A DNA stretch of 50,024 nt from Vampirovibrio sp. GTDB taxonomy: Bacteria > Cyanobacteriota > Vampirovibrionia > Vampirovibrionales > Vampirovibrionaceae. How positions within the stretch are numbered: position 1 is the first letter of the stretch; every line of letters starts with the position of its first letter. The stretch spans positions 1 through 50,024 of the forward strand of contig JAHQWC010000055.1 of the NCBI GenBank assembly GCA_019634025.1, written 5' to 3'. Shown piece by piece: positions 39,282 to 48,576 of this stretch. Made by a program: the position numbers and the translations under genes. The notes below the pieces were generated by a model. That model made no database searches and was not told the DNA's origin. It saw only the letters and a program-made list of their open reading frames with translations.

Positions 39282-39329
39282 TAAATATCCCTGCCAGCTC
39301 CTACAAAGGTTTTGAGGCAGGGATATTTA
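39282..39329. terminator. Terminator-like hairpin
   Basis: TAAATATCCCTGCC ... GGCAGGGATATTTA, 14-bp inverted repeat. Confidence 0.6.
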
Positions 39330-39470
39330 TATGTGGCAAATAATTAGAACATCATCAACACAAAATAAACCGTCTGGAAAAACCGCTTCCCAACGTAAGC
39401 CATAAACGTGCTAACATCATCCCATTACGAGCCATAAATATGAAAAAAAGCTGTAAGGGAGTCTATTATT

Positions 39471-39974
39471 ATGATGCGCTTAGCATTGGTAGTCTTTATT
39501 TTTGCACTGTTGTTCGTGCTTCCCATCCGTCTTGCCTCTAAAAACCTCATGAAAGTAGCCTTTCTTCTATGGTTTGCTGGCGGATTATCCCTACTAACTC
39601 TGGGAGTCACCCGGCTGCTGGATGTTGCCGCACCCGGTGAAATGGGGCTTCTGCCAATGGCCGCCATGATTGTTGGCGCCGTTATCATTGGTTACGGCAA
39701 AGGCAAGTTTGTGTTGTCCAAAACCTCATCCAAAAACATTGAGCGGCTCCAAGAATTTTCGGAGCCTCAAAAGCTTTCCAATGTATACAGCACTCGTAGC
39801 TGGGTCATCATCGCTATTATGTTTGCTCTCAGCGCCTCTTTAACCCTGTTTGGCGTCGATACTTTCTGGCGTGGCGGCGTAAATCTGGCCATCGGCTTAG
39901 CGCTTCTTATCAGCAGCCTTCGCTATTTGTCGGCTATTACGGCAGACCCTATGAAATCTTTTCAAGCCTTGTAG
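39471..39974 (+). CDS. Hypothetical membrane protein
   Basis: About 5 TM segments; AAGGGAG RBS. Confidence 0.75.
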   Translation: MMRLALVVFIFALLFVLPIRLASKNLMKVAFLLWFAGGLSLLTLGVTRLLDVAAPGEMGLLPMAAMIVGAVIIGYGKGKFVLSKTSSKNIERLQEFSEPQKLSNVYSTRSWVIIAIMFALSASLTLFGVDTFWRGGVNLAIGLALLISSLRYLSAITADPMKSFQAL

Positions 39975-39975
39975 G

Positions 39976-40659
39976 CTAGGAAAATAGTTTGAGCTGTAAC
40001 CGTTCTAAGACTGAAGGGGTCGAACTTTTGGGTAGCTTTGGCGTTTCAACTAAAGTTGGGTTCGCTGCTTTTACCTGAGCGTCTTCATCCACCTTCATCC
40101 GGTGGAACGCCTTAATGATCTTAGACTGCTGCTGATAGTTCGGCACAAACTGCGCCACCAAACCCCAAAAATGGCTGTCATGACTGGGTTCGTAAAAATG
40201 GGCCAGCTCATGGATAACCAAATACCGGAGCGCAGCCTCTGGTACGTCTGACAGACAGTATTTGGAAATCGTCATCACCCCCGTTTTTAAATTGACTTGG
40301 GCCAACCGAGTATAACGAGCCCGGCCAATCCGCACCCTTTTTAAAGGCGCCTTAAAGGTTTCTGCGTTGAGAGACGCAACATAATCCGATATTAGAGCAG
40401 GTGTGTTCAGCGTAACGGTTGATGCCTCGGGTAGATCCGACAACACGCTGGCCTCTTTTTCCACGTGTGCCCATACTCGTTGCACCAAGGTCTTGGTGGC
40501 ATCCACTTTCTCGGTTACCGGCCAACGCAGGGGAATACTGACATGGATTTCGCCATGTTTATGCCGGGCATTAGCCCGTCGCAGTTTGGGCTTCTCGGTA
40601 ATTTTAACCGCGAGAGGCCTTAGTTGCTCTTCCAGAGAGGTTCGCCAGTTCTTTTTCAA
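39976..40659 (-). CDS. YgjP/DUF45-like (M48-type) metallopeptidase
   Basis: YLVIHELAH...HDSHFWGLV..FVPNY. Confidence 0.85.
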   Translation of the reverse strand: MKKNWRTSLEEQLRPLAVKITEKPKLRRANARHKHGEIHVSIPLRWPVTEKVDATKTLVQRVWAHVEKEASVLSDLPEASTVTLNTPALISDYVASLNAETFKAPLKRVRIGRARYTRLAQVNLKTGVMTISKYCLSDVPEAALRYLVIHELAHFYEPSHDSHFWGLVAQFVPNYQQQSKIIKAFHRMKVDEDAQVKAANPTLVETPKLPKSSTPSVLERLQLKLFS

Positions 40660-41587
40660 AGTGTTGTTCCCTTACCACTGCAATATCCTGATGAATTTGC
40701 GCCACCAGGTCATCCACAGATGAAAATGTCTGCTCGTCACGGATTCGTTGGCAAAACCAAAATCGTAACGGCTCACCGTAAAAAGATTGTCCATGATAAT
40801 CCAGCACATGCACCTCTACCCTCGGAGACATCATCTCCCCAAAGGTCGGCGCCAGCCCTACATTGCACACGGCAGGATACACCGTGCCTTCCACCTCGGC
40901 AGCTCCACCGTAAGTGCCTTCACCGGGTAGCAGGCGTTGAGTATCCATTGCCAAGTTTGCTGTAGGAAACCCAATGGTTTGACCCCGCTGGGTTCCTTTT
41001 TCAACAATTCCTGAAACAGAATATGGCCTGCCCAGCAGTTGATTTGCCTGATCCAAATCTCCATACGCCAACAGTTTTCGAATAACGGTACTGCTCACAA
41101 TCTGCTCGTCTGCCCGCACCGGATCTATTACCTGAACATCTATCCCATGATCCTCACCAAAAGCCTTGAGAAGGCTTACATCTCCCTGACGGCCTTGGCC
41201 AAACCGATAATCATAGCCAACAGATACGCCTTTCACATGCAAGTAATCCTGCAAAATCCGAGTCATAAAATCCGCAGCAGGCAGCGTCATCAACGCTTCG
41301 TTAAATTCCAGAATCAACGCCTCATCAAACCCCATGGTTTTAAAGGTCTCTAAGCGCTCTTCCAACGTAGAAAGCAACCGGGTTGGCGTTTGAGATAGCA
41401 GGGTTTGGGGATGATTGGCAAACCCAAACACCACGCTCTTGGCATTCAACTCCTTGCTCTGGCGCAAAGCACCTTCCAAAATAATCCGGTGGCCCAGATG
41501 AATCCCGTCAAACATCCCCATGGCACATACAGACGGCTCGGATTGGGAATTCGGTAAAAATGGGTAAGCGGCTCGGATAATTTTCAT
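40604..41587 (-). CDS. ribF: Riboflavin kinase/FAD synthetase
   Basis: GMFDGIHLGH, VGYDYRFG, SSTVIR, GFPTAN, VEVHVLD, IRDE. Confidence 0.96.
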   Translation of the reverse strand: MKIIRAAYPFLPNSQSEPSVCAMGMFDGIHLGHRIILEGALRQSKELNAKSVVFGFANHPQTLLSQTPTRLLSTLEERLETFKTMGFDEALILEFNEALMTLPAADFMTRILQDYLHVKGVSVGYDYRFGQGRQGDVSLLKAFGEDHGIDVQVIDPVRADEQIVSSTVIRKLLAYGDLDQANQLLGRPYSVSGIVEKGTQRGQTIGFPTANLAMDTQRLLPGEGTYGGAAEVEGTVYPAVCNVGLAPTFGEMMSPRVEVHVLDYHGQSFYGEPLRFWFCQRIRDEQTFSSVDDLVAQIHQDIAVVREQHFEKELANLSGRATKASRG

Positions 41588-41726
41588 GATGATTTCAAAA
41601 CTAGATACAGATCAAAGCGTGGATTTGGTACCTATTATACTCTCAACCGCTGACTGTTCCAGTAAAAAGCCAAAATACATTACACAAGGGAAGTGGTCAG
41701 GCTCAAACGCCGTCTATGATGCAGTC

Positions 41727-42608
41727 ATGAGCAAATCACCTAAGAAAAACCAGCCTGCTAACGCCCCACAGAAACCGCCTAAAACCCTTCCCTATAGTGA
41801 TATTGAGTTAAGTAACTGGCGGGATTACCCCGACGTAGAGACGGGATCCTTGTGGATGTTCAATAGTCGGGATCGCCAAAACGGTCACCAGTTGGATTAC
41901 CACGGCAATTGTGTGCCTCAAATACTTACCCAGCTGTTAACGCGCTACACCAAAAAAGACGACGTTGTTCTGGACCTGTTTTTAGGCTCCGGCACCTCAG
42001 CCATTGAAGCCGCCAATATGGGGCGTCGGGAGATTGGGGTAGAGCTGAAGCCTGAAATGGCAGAATATGTCAGAGAAAAGCTAAAAGAGCAGGGTAAAGA
42101 TGACTTGGTAGAAGTCATTAACGGGGATAGCGCCAATCACGGGTGGACCGGTAAGGCGATTCGGCGAAGTTTAAAAAAGTTCACACAAGATCAAGCCCAG
42201 TTTCTATTTTTACATCCACCCTACGCAGATATCATCAAATTCTCCGAAGCCGAAGCCGATCTGTCCAACACCGGATCGACTGAAGCCTTTTTAGACCAGT
42301 TTGAAGAGGTCTGCCGTCTGGGCTATGAATTTTTGGAACCAGGCCGCTACGCCGCCTTAGTGATTGGGGATAAATACACCGATGGAGAGTGGATTCCCTT
42401 GGGATTCTACTGCATGGATCGGATGAACCGGGCCGGATTCACCACCAAGTCCATTATCGTCAAAAACGTCTCCGGCAACGAAAAAGCCAAAGGCCGCACC
42501 AGTAACCTATGGCGCTACCGTGCCTTAGCCGGCGGGTTTTATATCTTTAAACATGAATACGTGATGATCTTTGAAAAACGTCCGAGTAAGCGGAAGTCTT
42601 CAAAGTAA
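41727..42608 (+). CDS. SAM-dependent amino-methyltransferase (DNA N4/N6 or Trm11-like), orphan
   Basis: Motif I DLFLGSGT, GVEL, motif IV HPPY; ATG 41727 preferred over 41586. Confidence 0.82.
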   Translation: MSKSPKKNQPANAPQKPPKTLPYSDIELSNWRDYPDVETGSLWMFNSRDRQNGHQLDYHGNCVPQILTQLLTRYTKKDDVVLDLFLGSGTSAIEAANMGRREIGVELKPEMAEYVREKLKEQGKDDLVEVINGDSANHGWTGKAIRRSLKKFTQDQAQFLFLHPPYADIIKFSEAEADLSNTGSTEAFLDQFEEVCRLGYEFLEPGRYAALVIGDKYTDGEWIPLGFYCMDRMNRAGFTTKSIIVKNVSGNEKAKGRTSNLWRYRALAGGFYIFKHEYVMIFEKRPSKRKSSK

Positions 42609-42610
42609 AT

Positions 42611-42738
42611 CGTCATTGCGAGGACCAACGGGACGTGGCAATCTTGCTCCGGGACAAAGACAAGCTTTGCTCCCTTTGCACTAACGTGATCCCGCTACAA
42701 GATTGCCACGACTCGCTGCCACTCGTCTCGCAATGACG
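42611..42738. repeat. REP-like long hairpin element between convergent genes
   Basis: CGTCATTGCGAG...CGTGGCAATCTTG pairs with CAAGATTGCCACG...CTCGCAATGACG. Confidence 0.78.
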
Positions 42739-42963
42739 TTACTCCGTTGGCTGTACATCCGGCCCACTCACCGATGGCCCAATAGCCCTGGGGTTATCTG
42801 CACGCTTGAACGTGGGATCAAACATCACCACGCAGGTCACGGCAATGGCGCACAGGGTAACAAAGGTTAAAAACACCCCGGCATAGGTAATAATGGCAAA
42901 CCGGTTGGCGCGCTTGATCTCTGATTCCTTGTGGAATAATGCCGTATCGGAAGGGGCCGTCAT
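42739..42963 (-). CDS. Small single-TM protein
   Basis: 74-aa ORF with one hydrophobic helix. Confidence 0.6.
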   Translation of the reverse strand: MTAPSDTALFHKESEIKRANRFAIITYAGVFLTFVTLCAIAVTCVVMFDPTFKRADNPRAIGPSVSGPDVQPTE

Positions 42964-43046
42964 ATAAACCTGTCTCTCTGGTTAGCCTAGGTAACAATGA
43001 CAAGATTATACCAAAACCCGAGTTCCAAAAGGATGGCAGAAATAGG

Positions 43047-43883
43047 TCATAACACATTCAGCATTTTGTGCGTCTGCGGAATCACCCGAACATCTTGAAA
43101 TACCTTTGTTAACAGGGTTTCAATCTCAACCATCCGACGATGATCCAGGGTAACGGTGTTATCCGTCAGGCAGGTTTCAGGCTGCAAAATAATCGGCGTC
43201 TTTCGATTGGTCACAATATCGGCCACCGTGTGAATTTCTTCATCAGTAGTGGTGGCGTTAAACACCAGTTTGATAAACACCTGTGTTTCGAGGCGGCTAG
43301 CCGCCAATTGATAGAACCGGCGGTGATCTTCTAGCCGTTGCGGCTCGCCGGTGGTGGAGGGAAGCTTAATATCCATTGCAATCATATCGGTATGATTCAG
43401 CACTGAGACTAGGTTTTCGGGTTGAGTTCCGCTAGTTTCGAGGTAGGTTTGGGTAAATCGCCGGACCTGGGGAAAGAGCTCTTTTAAAAACAGGTGATAC
43501 AACAGTGGTTCGCCGCCGGTAAAGCTAATGCTGTGGTGAGGGGCGGTTTGATATAAGTCGTTTAGAACCGTCAACAAGCTGTCTATTGAAAGTGGGTTTT
43601 CCAGATGCTTAAACTCAGAAGATCCAGGGTTTGTTTCAACCTGGCACTGTCCACTGGGAGTCGTCATGGGGGTATCGCAGTAGTGACACTTAAGGTGGCA
43701 ATGGGCAAACCGGATAAAGATTTGCCGTTTCCCCACGTACACGCCTTCTCCCTGGATAGAGGAGAACACTTCCTGCACCGGAGCTTCCAAAGGACGAAGG
43801 GCTTCAGGAGGGAGAGCAGAAGATGTGGGATCAGAGGAAACCATCAAACGGTACCAGAGTTGAGGGGTAGGGTGAGTATGCAT
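43047..43883 (-). CDS. queE: 7-carboxy-7-deazaguanine synthase (radical SAM)
   Basis: EVFSSIQGEG, RFAHCHLKCHYCDT, SFTGGEPLL, ETSG, IPQTHK. Confidence 0.92.
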   Translation of the reverse strand: MHTHPTPQLWYRLMVSSDPTSSALPPEALRPLEAPVQEVFSSIQGEGVYVGKRQIFIRFAHCHLKCHYCDTPMTTPSGQCQVETNPGSSEFKHLENPLSIDSLLTVLNDLYQTAPHHSISFTGGEPLLYHLFLKELFPQVRRFTQTYLETSGTQPENLVSVLNHTDMIAMDIKLPSTTGEPQRLEDHRRFYQLAASRLETQVFIKLVFNATTTDEEIHTVADIVTNRKTPIILQPETCLTDNTVTLDHRRMVEIETLLTKVFQDVRVIPQTHKMLNVL

Positions 43884-44004
43884 ATGTTGCGAAGCAGGGG
43901 AATCCCACTACATTCATAATCGTATACCACAGTTCATGGGTGAAAGCATGCTCGGATGTTGAAGTCACCGGGTTTGTGGACAGGACCCTTTTTATACGAA
44001 GCAC

Positions 44005-44031
44005 TAAAGGTTCTAGATTCTGTGCCGATAA
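44005..44031 (+). promoter_or_regulatory. Sigma-28 (FliA) consensus promoter
   Basis: Exact TAAA-N15-GCCGATAA, ending 80 bp before the ATG at 44112. Confidence 0.78.
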
Positions 44032-44111
44032 CTTGATTAATGGATTTTTTTCCAACTGCTGTGAGGAAGAAGCTTAATTAGGCTTTTCAATTAGACAAGC
44101 GAGACGATACG

Positions 44112-44441
44112 ATGGGTTTAGCTGCCAGCCAGGCAAGATTTTTACTGCTGACCGCCAGAAAAAGCGATTTGGAGCTTACCGGACAGCAAATTAACCAATC
44201 GCGGTTACAGATTGCCAACATTACCAACCAGTTGTTTACCGTTGCCTCTAACCTGGAGCCGGATTCGGCGGAGTCCATCCAGATTCAGCTCCGGATCAAC
44301 GCCCTGCAAAGTCTGGATCAAGGCTTGGAGCTACAACTCCGGCGGGTAGACTCTCAGCAGGAAGCGGTGCAGACCGAAATTGATGCGGTCCAAAAGGTTA
44401 TCAACAAAAACATCGATCTGACGTTTAAGACCTTCGCCTAA
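44112..44441 (+). CDS. Small coiled-coil protein of the MGLAASQAR...TFKTFA type
   Basis: 109-aa Gln/Leu-rich helical ORF with no Cys, Trp, His or Tyr; I recall these termini from Melainabacteria hypothetical proteins. Confidence 0.85.
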   Translation: MGLAASQARFLLLTARKSDLELTGQQINQSRLQIANITNQLFTVASNLEPDSAESIQIQLRINALQSLDQGLELQLRRVDSQQEAVQTEIDAVQKVINKNIDLTFKTFA

Positions 44442-44562
44442 CACGCACCTGCGTGTTCATCGAGGGGCTCTGCCCCTTCGGCAATAAGGGATCTTCTCAT
44501 TCTAATTACTATTTCTCAGCTGTTTCCTTCTTGCCTACCCCGGTTTCACCATGGCAATCAAT

Positions 44563-45003
44563 TTATGAGGCAGGCAAGAGCCTTGGCAGTTGTGACCATT
44601 CCCGATCTACCCAGGCAGCGGTGGACTGTGCCCATGACGTATGTCCGGCTTGCTGGAGAAACTCTTCTTCTTCCTCAATGAGTAAAAGCGCTCGGGTCAC
44701 TTTCACATACTCGGGGGATTCCAGCCGTTCCATGGTCACGGCCACATCCCCACAGTGGGTACAACACCGTGATGCCGGAACCACCCGACGCAAAAAATAC
44801 TGACCGTCCCGGATTTGATGACACCCACTGCACCGCAACCGCACCCAGGTCAACACCACCCCACGGCCACAATCCGGGCAAAATGCCTTGCCTTCGCATA
44901 AAGGGGTTTTAAAATGCCCGCACCCAAACAGGGGTTTTAAAACCTTTAAGGTATGGTCCAGCACCTGGGTAAACCTTTCTGTTTTGTAGACTACGTCGAA
45001 CAT
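44563..45003 (-). CDS. Zinc-ribbon hypothetical protein
   Basis: CGH, CPDC, CSGC, CTHC motifs. Confidence 0.7.
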   Translation of the reverse strand: MFDVVYKTERFTQVLDHTLKVLKPLFGCGHFKTPLCEGKAFCPDCGRGVVLTWVRLRCSGCHQIRDGQYFLRRVVPASRCCTHCGDVAVTMERLESPEYVKVTRALLLIEEEEEFLQQAGHTSWAQSTAAWVDREWSQLPRLLPAS

Positions 45004-45107
45004 GAAAAAACGCTTTTCCTCTACTCACCGCTAAATCACTCTGTTTTTTCTCTATTCATACCGTATTGATGTTTGGGACGAAAACAACATTTTGTTAAGA
45101 TTAAGCA

Positions 45108-45821
45108 ATGATTGTTCTCTCAGGTGTTGTTGAAAAACTCAAACGTTCCCTGCAAAACGAAATGTGCAGCGGGTGCGGCGTTGCACTAAAGCCTCCGGCG
45201 CTATATTGCCCGCCATGCACCCAACGGTTTGGCATCCGAAAACCGGAGCCGTTATGTATATTGGGAGAAAGCCCAGTGTATACGGCCTGCCAATTTAACC
45301 TGCCCCTCAAAAAATGGCTGTATCCCTATAAGTTTGAACACCAAACCCACTATAAAGGGCCTTTGGCGGATTTATGGATTCAGTATTGGCAGAGCCTCTT
45401 GGAAAAACAGCCGACCCTCATAAAGCCACCGGTGTATGTCGTGCCCATTCCACCCCGTCAGAACAATCCACACCATCGTCCCCACTTAGGCCCTTTGGCC
45501 AAAACGTTTGCTGCCATGTTCGGGTACCCTTATGTACCCCACGGTTTAGACTGGCAGCGGGAAACCGAAGCCCAACACACCTTAGCCCATAAACGGCAAC
45601 GGTGGCAAAATATGGCCGGCAGCTTGGCTACTGGGTATCCGGCAGGATTTAAACAAGATGAATTCTCGCCTACTATTTTGCTATTGGATGATATTAAGAC
45701 CACTGGCGCCACGTTGTTTGAGGCCACCCAAGCCTTTCAACGAAACCAAAGGTTCCAAGAGACAGGCGGAAAGTGTGTTGGCCTCACGCTATGTCATTTA
45801 CCCTTAGCGTTCCATAAATAA
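45108..45821 (+). CDS. comF: ComF family protein (zinc ribbon plus PRTase-like domain)
   Basis: CSGC...CPPC, YKF, VVPIP, LLDDIKTTGATL. Confidence 0.85.
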   Translation: MIVLSGVVEKLKRSLQNEMCSGCGVALKPPALYCPPCTQRFGIRKPEPLCILGESPVYTACQFNLPLKKWLYPYKFEHQTHYKGPLADLWIQYWQSLLEKQPTLIKPPVYVVPIPPRQNNPHHRPHLGPLAKTFAAMFGYPYVPHGLDWQRETEAQHTLAHKRQRWQNMAGSLATGYPAGFKQDEFSPTILLLDDIKTTGATLFEATQAFQRNQRFQETGGKCVGLTLCHLPLAFHK

Positions 45822-45931
45822 TTCATATTTAGTTAATAACTCAAATTATTTCTCTCCTGGTTGTGTTATAACAATGAGACCTCCTCCGAGGTCTATTCCT
45901 CACCTGGTAAGAAAGCGATATAGGCGCGTCT

Positions 45932-47245
45932 ATGGAAACGATGCTCGATAAAAGCAACACAACCCCAACCACCGGTGTAAACACAGTTCACCTAGGCATG
46001 GTGGGTTTTGGCACCGTGGGAACCGGTGTGTACAAAGTATTGGAACGCCACCCGGAATTGGTGTTTGAGAAGATTGCCGTGCGCGATACTCAAAAAGCCC
46101 GGCAGGTTGAGGGATTGAATGCTGATTTGATTACCGCCGATCCCTTTGAGGTGGTGCGGGACGCTTCTGTTCAGGTGGTGATTGAGGTGATGGGCGGGGT
46201 GGATATCGCTAAGAATCTGATTACCGAAGCCTTACAAAACGGCAAGCATGTGATTACCGCCAACAAAGAATTGATTGCCAAGCACGGCGCAGAGTTGTTG
46301 GCATTGGCCAACAAAAAGAACGTCCGGCTGTTGTTTGAAGGCGCTGTGGCTGGGGGTATCCCCATTATTATGCCGCTGAAACTCTCTTTGGCCGCCAACC
46401 AGGTGGAAGTGATGGCCGGTATTTTGAACGGCACCACTAACTATATTTTGACCAAGATGAGCCAGGAAGGCTGGGATTTTGAAACCGCGCTAAAAACCGC
46501 CCAGGAAAAAGGGTTTGCTGAAGCCGATCCCACCAATGATGTGGATGGGTTTGATGCTGCGTACAAAATCGCCATTCTCTCTTCCATCGCCTTCAACCAA
46601 TCGGTAAACCCAGAGGATGTACATTGTGAAGGTATCCGCAGCATTACTGCTGAAGATATTCAAACCGCAGATAAGTTAGGGTACGTGATTAAGCTCATCG
46701 CCCTTGCGAAAAAGAGTGCTGACTCTAACCCAGATATCCGGGTGCATCCCATGTTGGTTTCCAAACATCATCCGTTGGCCAATGTGGAAAACGAATATAA
46801 CGCCCTGTGGGTGTTGGGCGATGCTGTGGGAGATGTGATGTTTTACGGCAAGGGCGCCGGAGAACTGCCCACCGCCAGCGCCGTATGCGCCGATATTTTG
46901 GCGGTATGCCGAGGCTTGCTAAAAGGCAACGATCCCATTCCTTCGATGACCTTTGAATACCAGGGATCCACCCCCCTTTCTTCTATTGAGAATACCACCA
47001 ACCGGTATTACATTCAGGTGAATACTGCCGATACCCCAGGGGTCATTGGGAACTTGGGCCAGGCCTGCGGCAAGCATGGCGTGAGTTTGGATTCGGTGAT
47101 GCAGCAGGGAACCCATGCAGATGGCAATGCCTGCATTGTACTGCTGACCCACGAGGTGACTGAAGGAGAGATGCAGGCCGCCTTAAAAGACATTGAAGCC
47201 CAGCCAACGACTCAGTCTATTGGCGCCATGATCCGGGTGCTGTAA
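45932..47245 (+). CDS. hom: Homoserine dehydrogenase with C-terminal ACT domain
   Basis: GFGTVG, HVITANK, FEGAVAGGIP, GILNGTTNYIL, GFAEADP, GKGAG. Confidence 0.97.
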   Translation: METMLDKSNTTPTTGVNTVHLGMVGFGTVGTGVYKVLERHPELVFEKIAVRDTQKARQVEGLNADLITADPFEVVRDASVQVVIEVMGGVDIAKNLITEALQNGKHVITANKELIAKHGAELLALANKKNVRLLFEGAVAGGIPIIMPLKLSLAANQVEVMAGILNGTTNYILTKMSQEGWDFETALKTAQEKGFAEADPTNDVDGFDAAYKIAILSSIAFNQSVNPEDVHCEGIRSITAEDIQTADKLGYVIKLIALAKKSADSNPDIRVHPMLVSKHHPLANVENEYNALWVLGDAVGDVMFYGKGAGELPTASAVCADILAVCRGLLKGNDPIPSMTFEYQGSTPLSSIENTTNRYYIQVNTADTPGVIGNLGQACGKHGVSLDSVMQQGTHADGNACIVLLTHEVTEGEMQAALKDIEAQPTTQSIGAMIRVL

Positions 47246-47260
47246 GGGGTAACATAAGAT

Positions 47261-48328
47261 ATGGCAGGCATTCTGGAACGGTATCAAGATTTTTACCCCT
47301 TTGGGTCAGATTACCCTTTTGTCAGCCTGGAAGAAGGCAACACGCCGTTGATTCCGGCACCGGCGGTGGCGTGGCATTTGGGGGAAGCTTACAATTTGCC
47401 CGACGTGAAAGTCTTTTTGAAGTATGAAGGCTTAAATCCCACCGGTAGCTTTAAGGATCGGGGGATGACCTATGCGGTGAGCCAAGCCAAGGTAGACGGG
47501 GCCAAAGCCATTATCTGCGCCAGCACCGGCAACACCAGCGCAGCCGCAGCAGCCTACGGCACCCGGGCTGGGCTGAAAACCCTGGTAATTTTGCCGGAAG
47601 GCAAGGTGGCATTGGGCAAGATGTCGCAGGCTATTTTGTATGGCGCGGCCATTGTAGAGATTGCAGGTAACTTTGATCAGGCGCTGGATATTGTGCGGGC
47701 CCTTGGAGAGAGTGGGAAAGCCACCATTGTGAACTCTATTAACCCGTACCGTATTGACGGCCAGAAGACCGGGGCCTTTGAGATTTGTGACGTGCTGGGT
47801 AAAGCACCTGATTATCACTTTATACCTGTGGGCAACGCCGGAAACATTACCGCATACTGGAAAGGCTACAAAGAGTATGCTGAGCGCGGCATTGTGAGCA
47901 ACCGGCCTAAGATGTTTGGCTATGAAGCCGAAGGTTCGGCGGCCATTGTACAGGGCAAGAAGATTGAGAACCCGGAAACTCTGGCCACGGCTATTCGCAT
48001 TGGCAACCCGGCAAGCTGGGGTCCTGCCGAAGCGGCCCGGGATGAGTCTGGCGGGAAGATTGATTTTGTGACGGATGAAGACACTGTAAGCGCCTACCGG
48101 TTTTTGGCCGGACGCGAAGGCGTGTTTTGCGAGCCTGCCAGCGCGGCCAGTGTGGCCGGGTTGTTTAAGGCTGCCAGCCAGGGATTGGTGGAAGCAGGAT
48201 CGACGGTGGCCTGTGTGTTGACGGGGAACGGATTGAAGGATCCGGACAATGCCATTAAGCACGGCAACGCCCAGTTGGCCAAGCTGCCCGCAGATGCCGG
48301 ACAGGTGGCCGAGTTTTTTGAGCTATAA
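47261..48328 (+). CDS. thrC: Threonine synthase
   Basis: EGNTPL, NPTGSFKDRG, CASTGNTSA, PVGNAGN, EPASA, LTGNGLKDP. Confidence 0.97.
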   Translation: MAGILERYQDFYPFGSDYPFVSLEEGNTPLIPAPAVAWHLGEAYNLPDVKVFLKYEGLNPTGSFKDRGMTYAVSQAKVDGAKAIICASTGNTSAAAAAYGTRAGLKTLVILPEGKVALGKMSQAILYGAAIVEIAGNFDQALDIVRALGESGKATIVNSINPYRIDGQKTGAFEICDVLGKAPDYHFIPVGNAGNITAYWKGYKEYAERGIVSNRPKMFGYEAEGSAAIVQGKKIENPETLATAIRIGNPASWGPAEAARDESGGKIDFVTDEDTVSAYRFLAGREGVFCEPASAASVAGLFKAASQGLVEAGSTVACVLTGNGLKDPDNAIKHGNAQLAKLPADAGQVAEFFEL

Positions 48329-48335
48329 AAATTTA

Positions 48336-48417
48336 TTTGGGATCTTTGGGATCTGATTTAAATCTATTTTGGGATCTTTGGGATCCGATTTAAACCTTTT
48401 TTGGGATCTTTGGGATC
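48336..48417 (+). repeat. Three TTTGGGATCTTTGGGATC units with an exact 32-bp period
   Basis: Units start at 48336, 48368 and 48400; linkers are similar (GATTTAAA). Confidence 0.85.
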
Positions 48418-48576
48418 TTTTTGAGTGTTCTGTTGATGTTCCCTCCCTATCATTTTATTGGGCTTTTTATTTTAAAGGTAATGCGGTTGGGAAGGCTGTC
48501 AACGCATGGTATTCCTTTAATACGGTTGTTGTAGTATTAGGAGATCTGACTTCTCAAAGGTATTGAATTTTTCCTG

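Noticed and set aside
36807-43883. queC, queE and methyltransferase as a 7-deazaguanine DNA-modification (dpd) system
   Set aside because: Genes are dispersed among housekeeping loci and no dpdA/tgt paralogue is present; ordinary queuosine synthesis is sufficient.
47432-48262. Long antisense ORFs (276 aa opposite thrC; also 27930-28613 and 24597-25142)
   Set aside because: Shadow frames of well-supported genes, with no motifs of their own.
48336-48417. Possible mini-CRISPR array
   Set aside because: Repeats are 18 bp, linkers are only 14 bp and similar to each other, and no cas genes are present.
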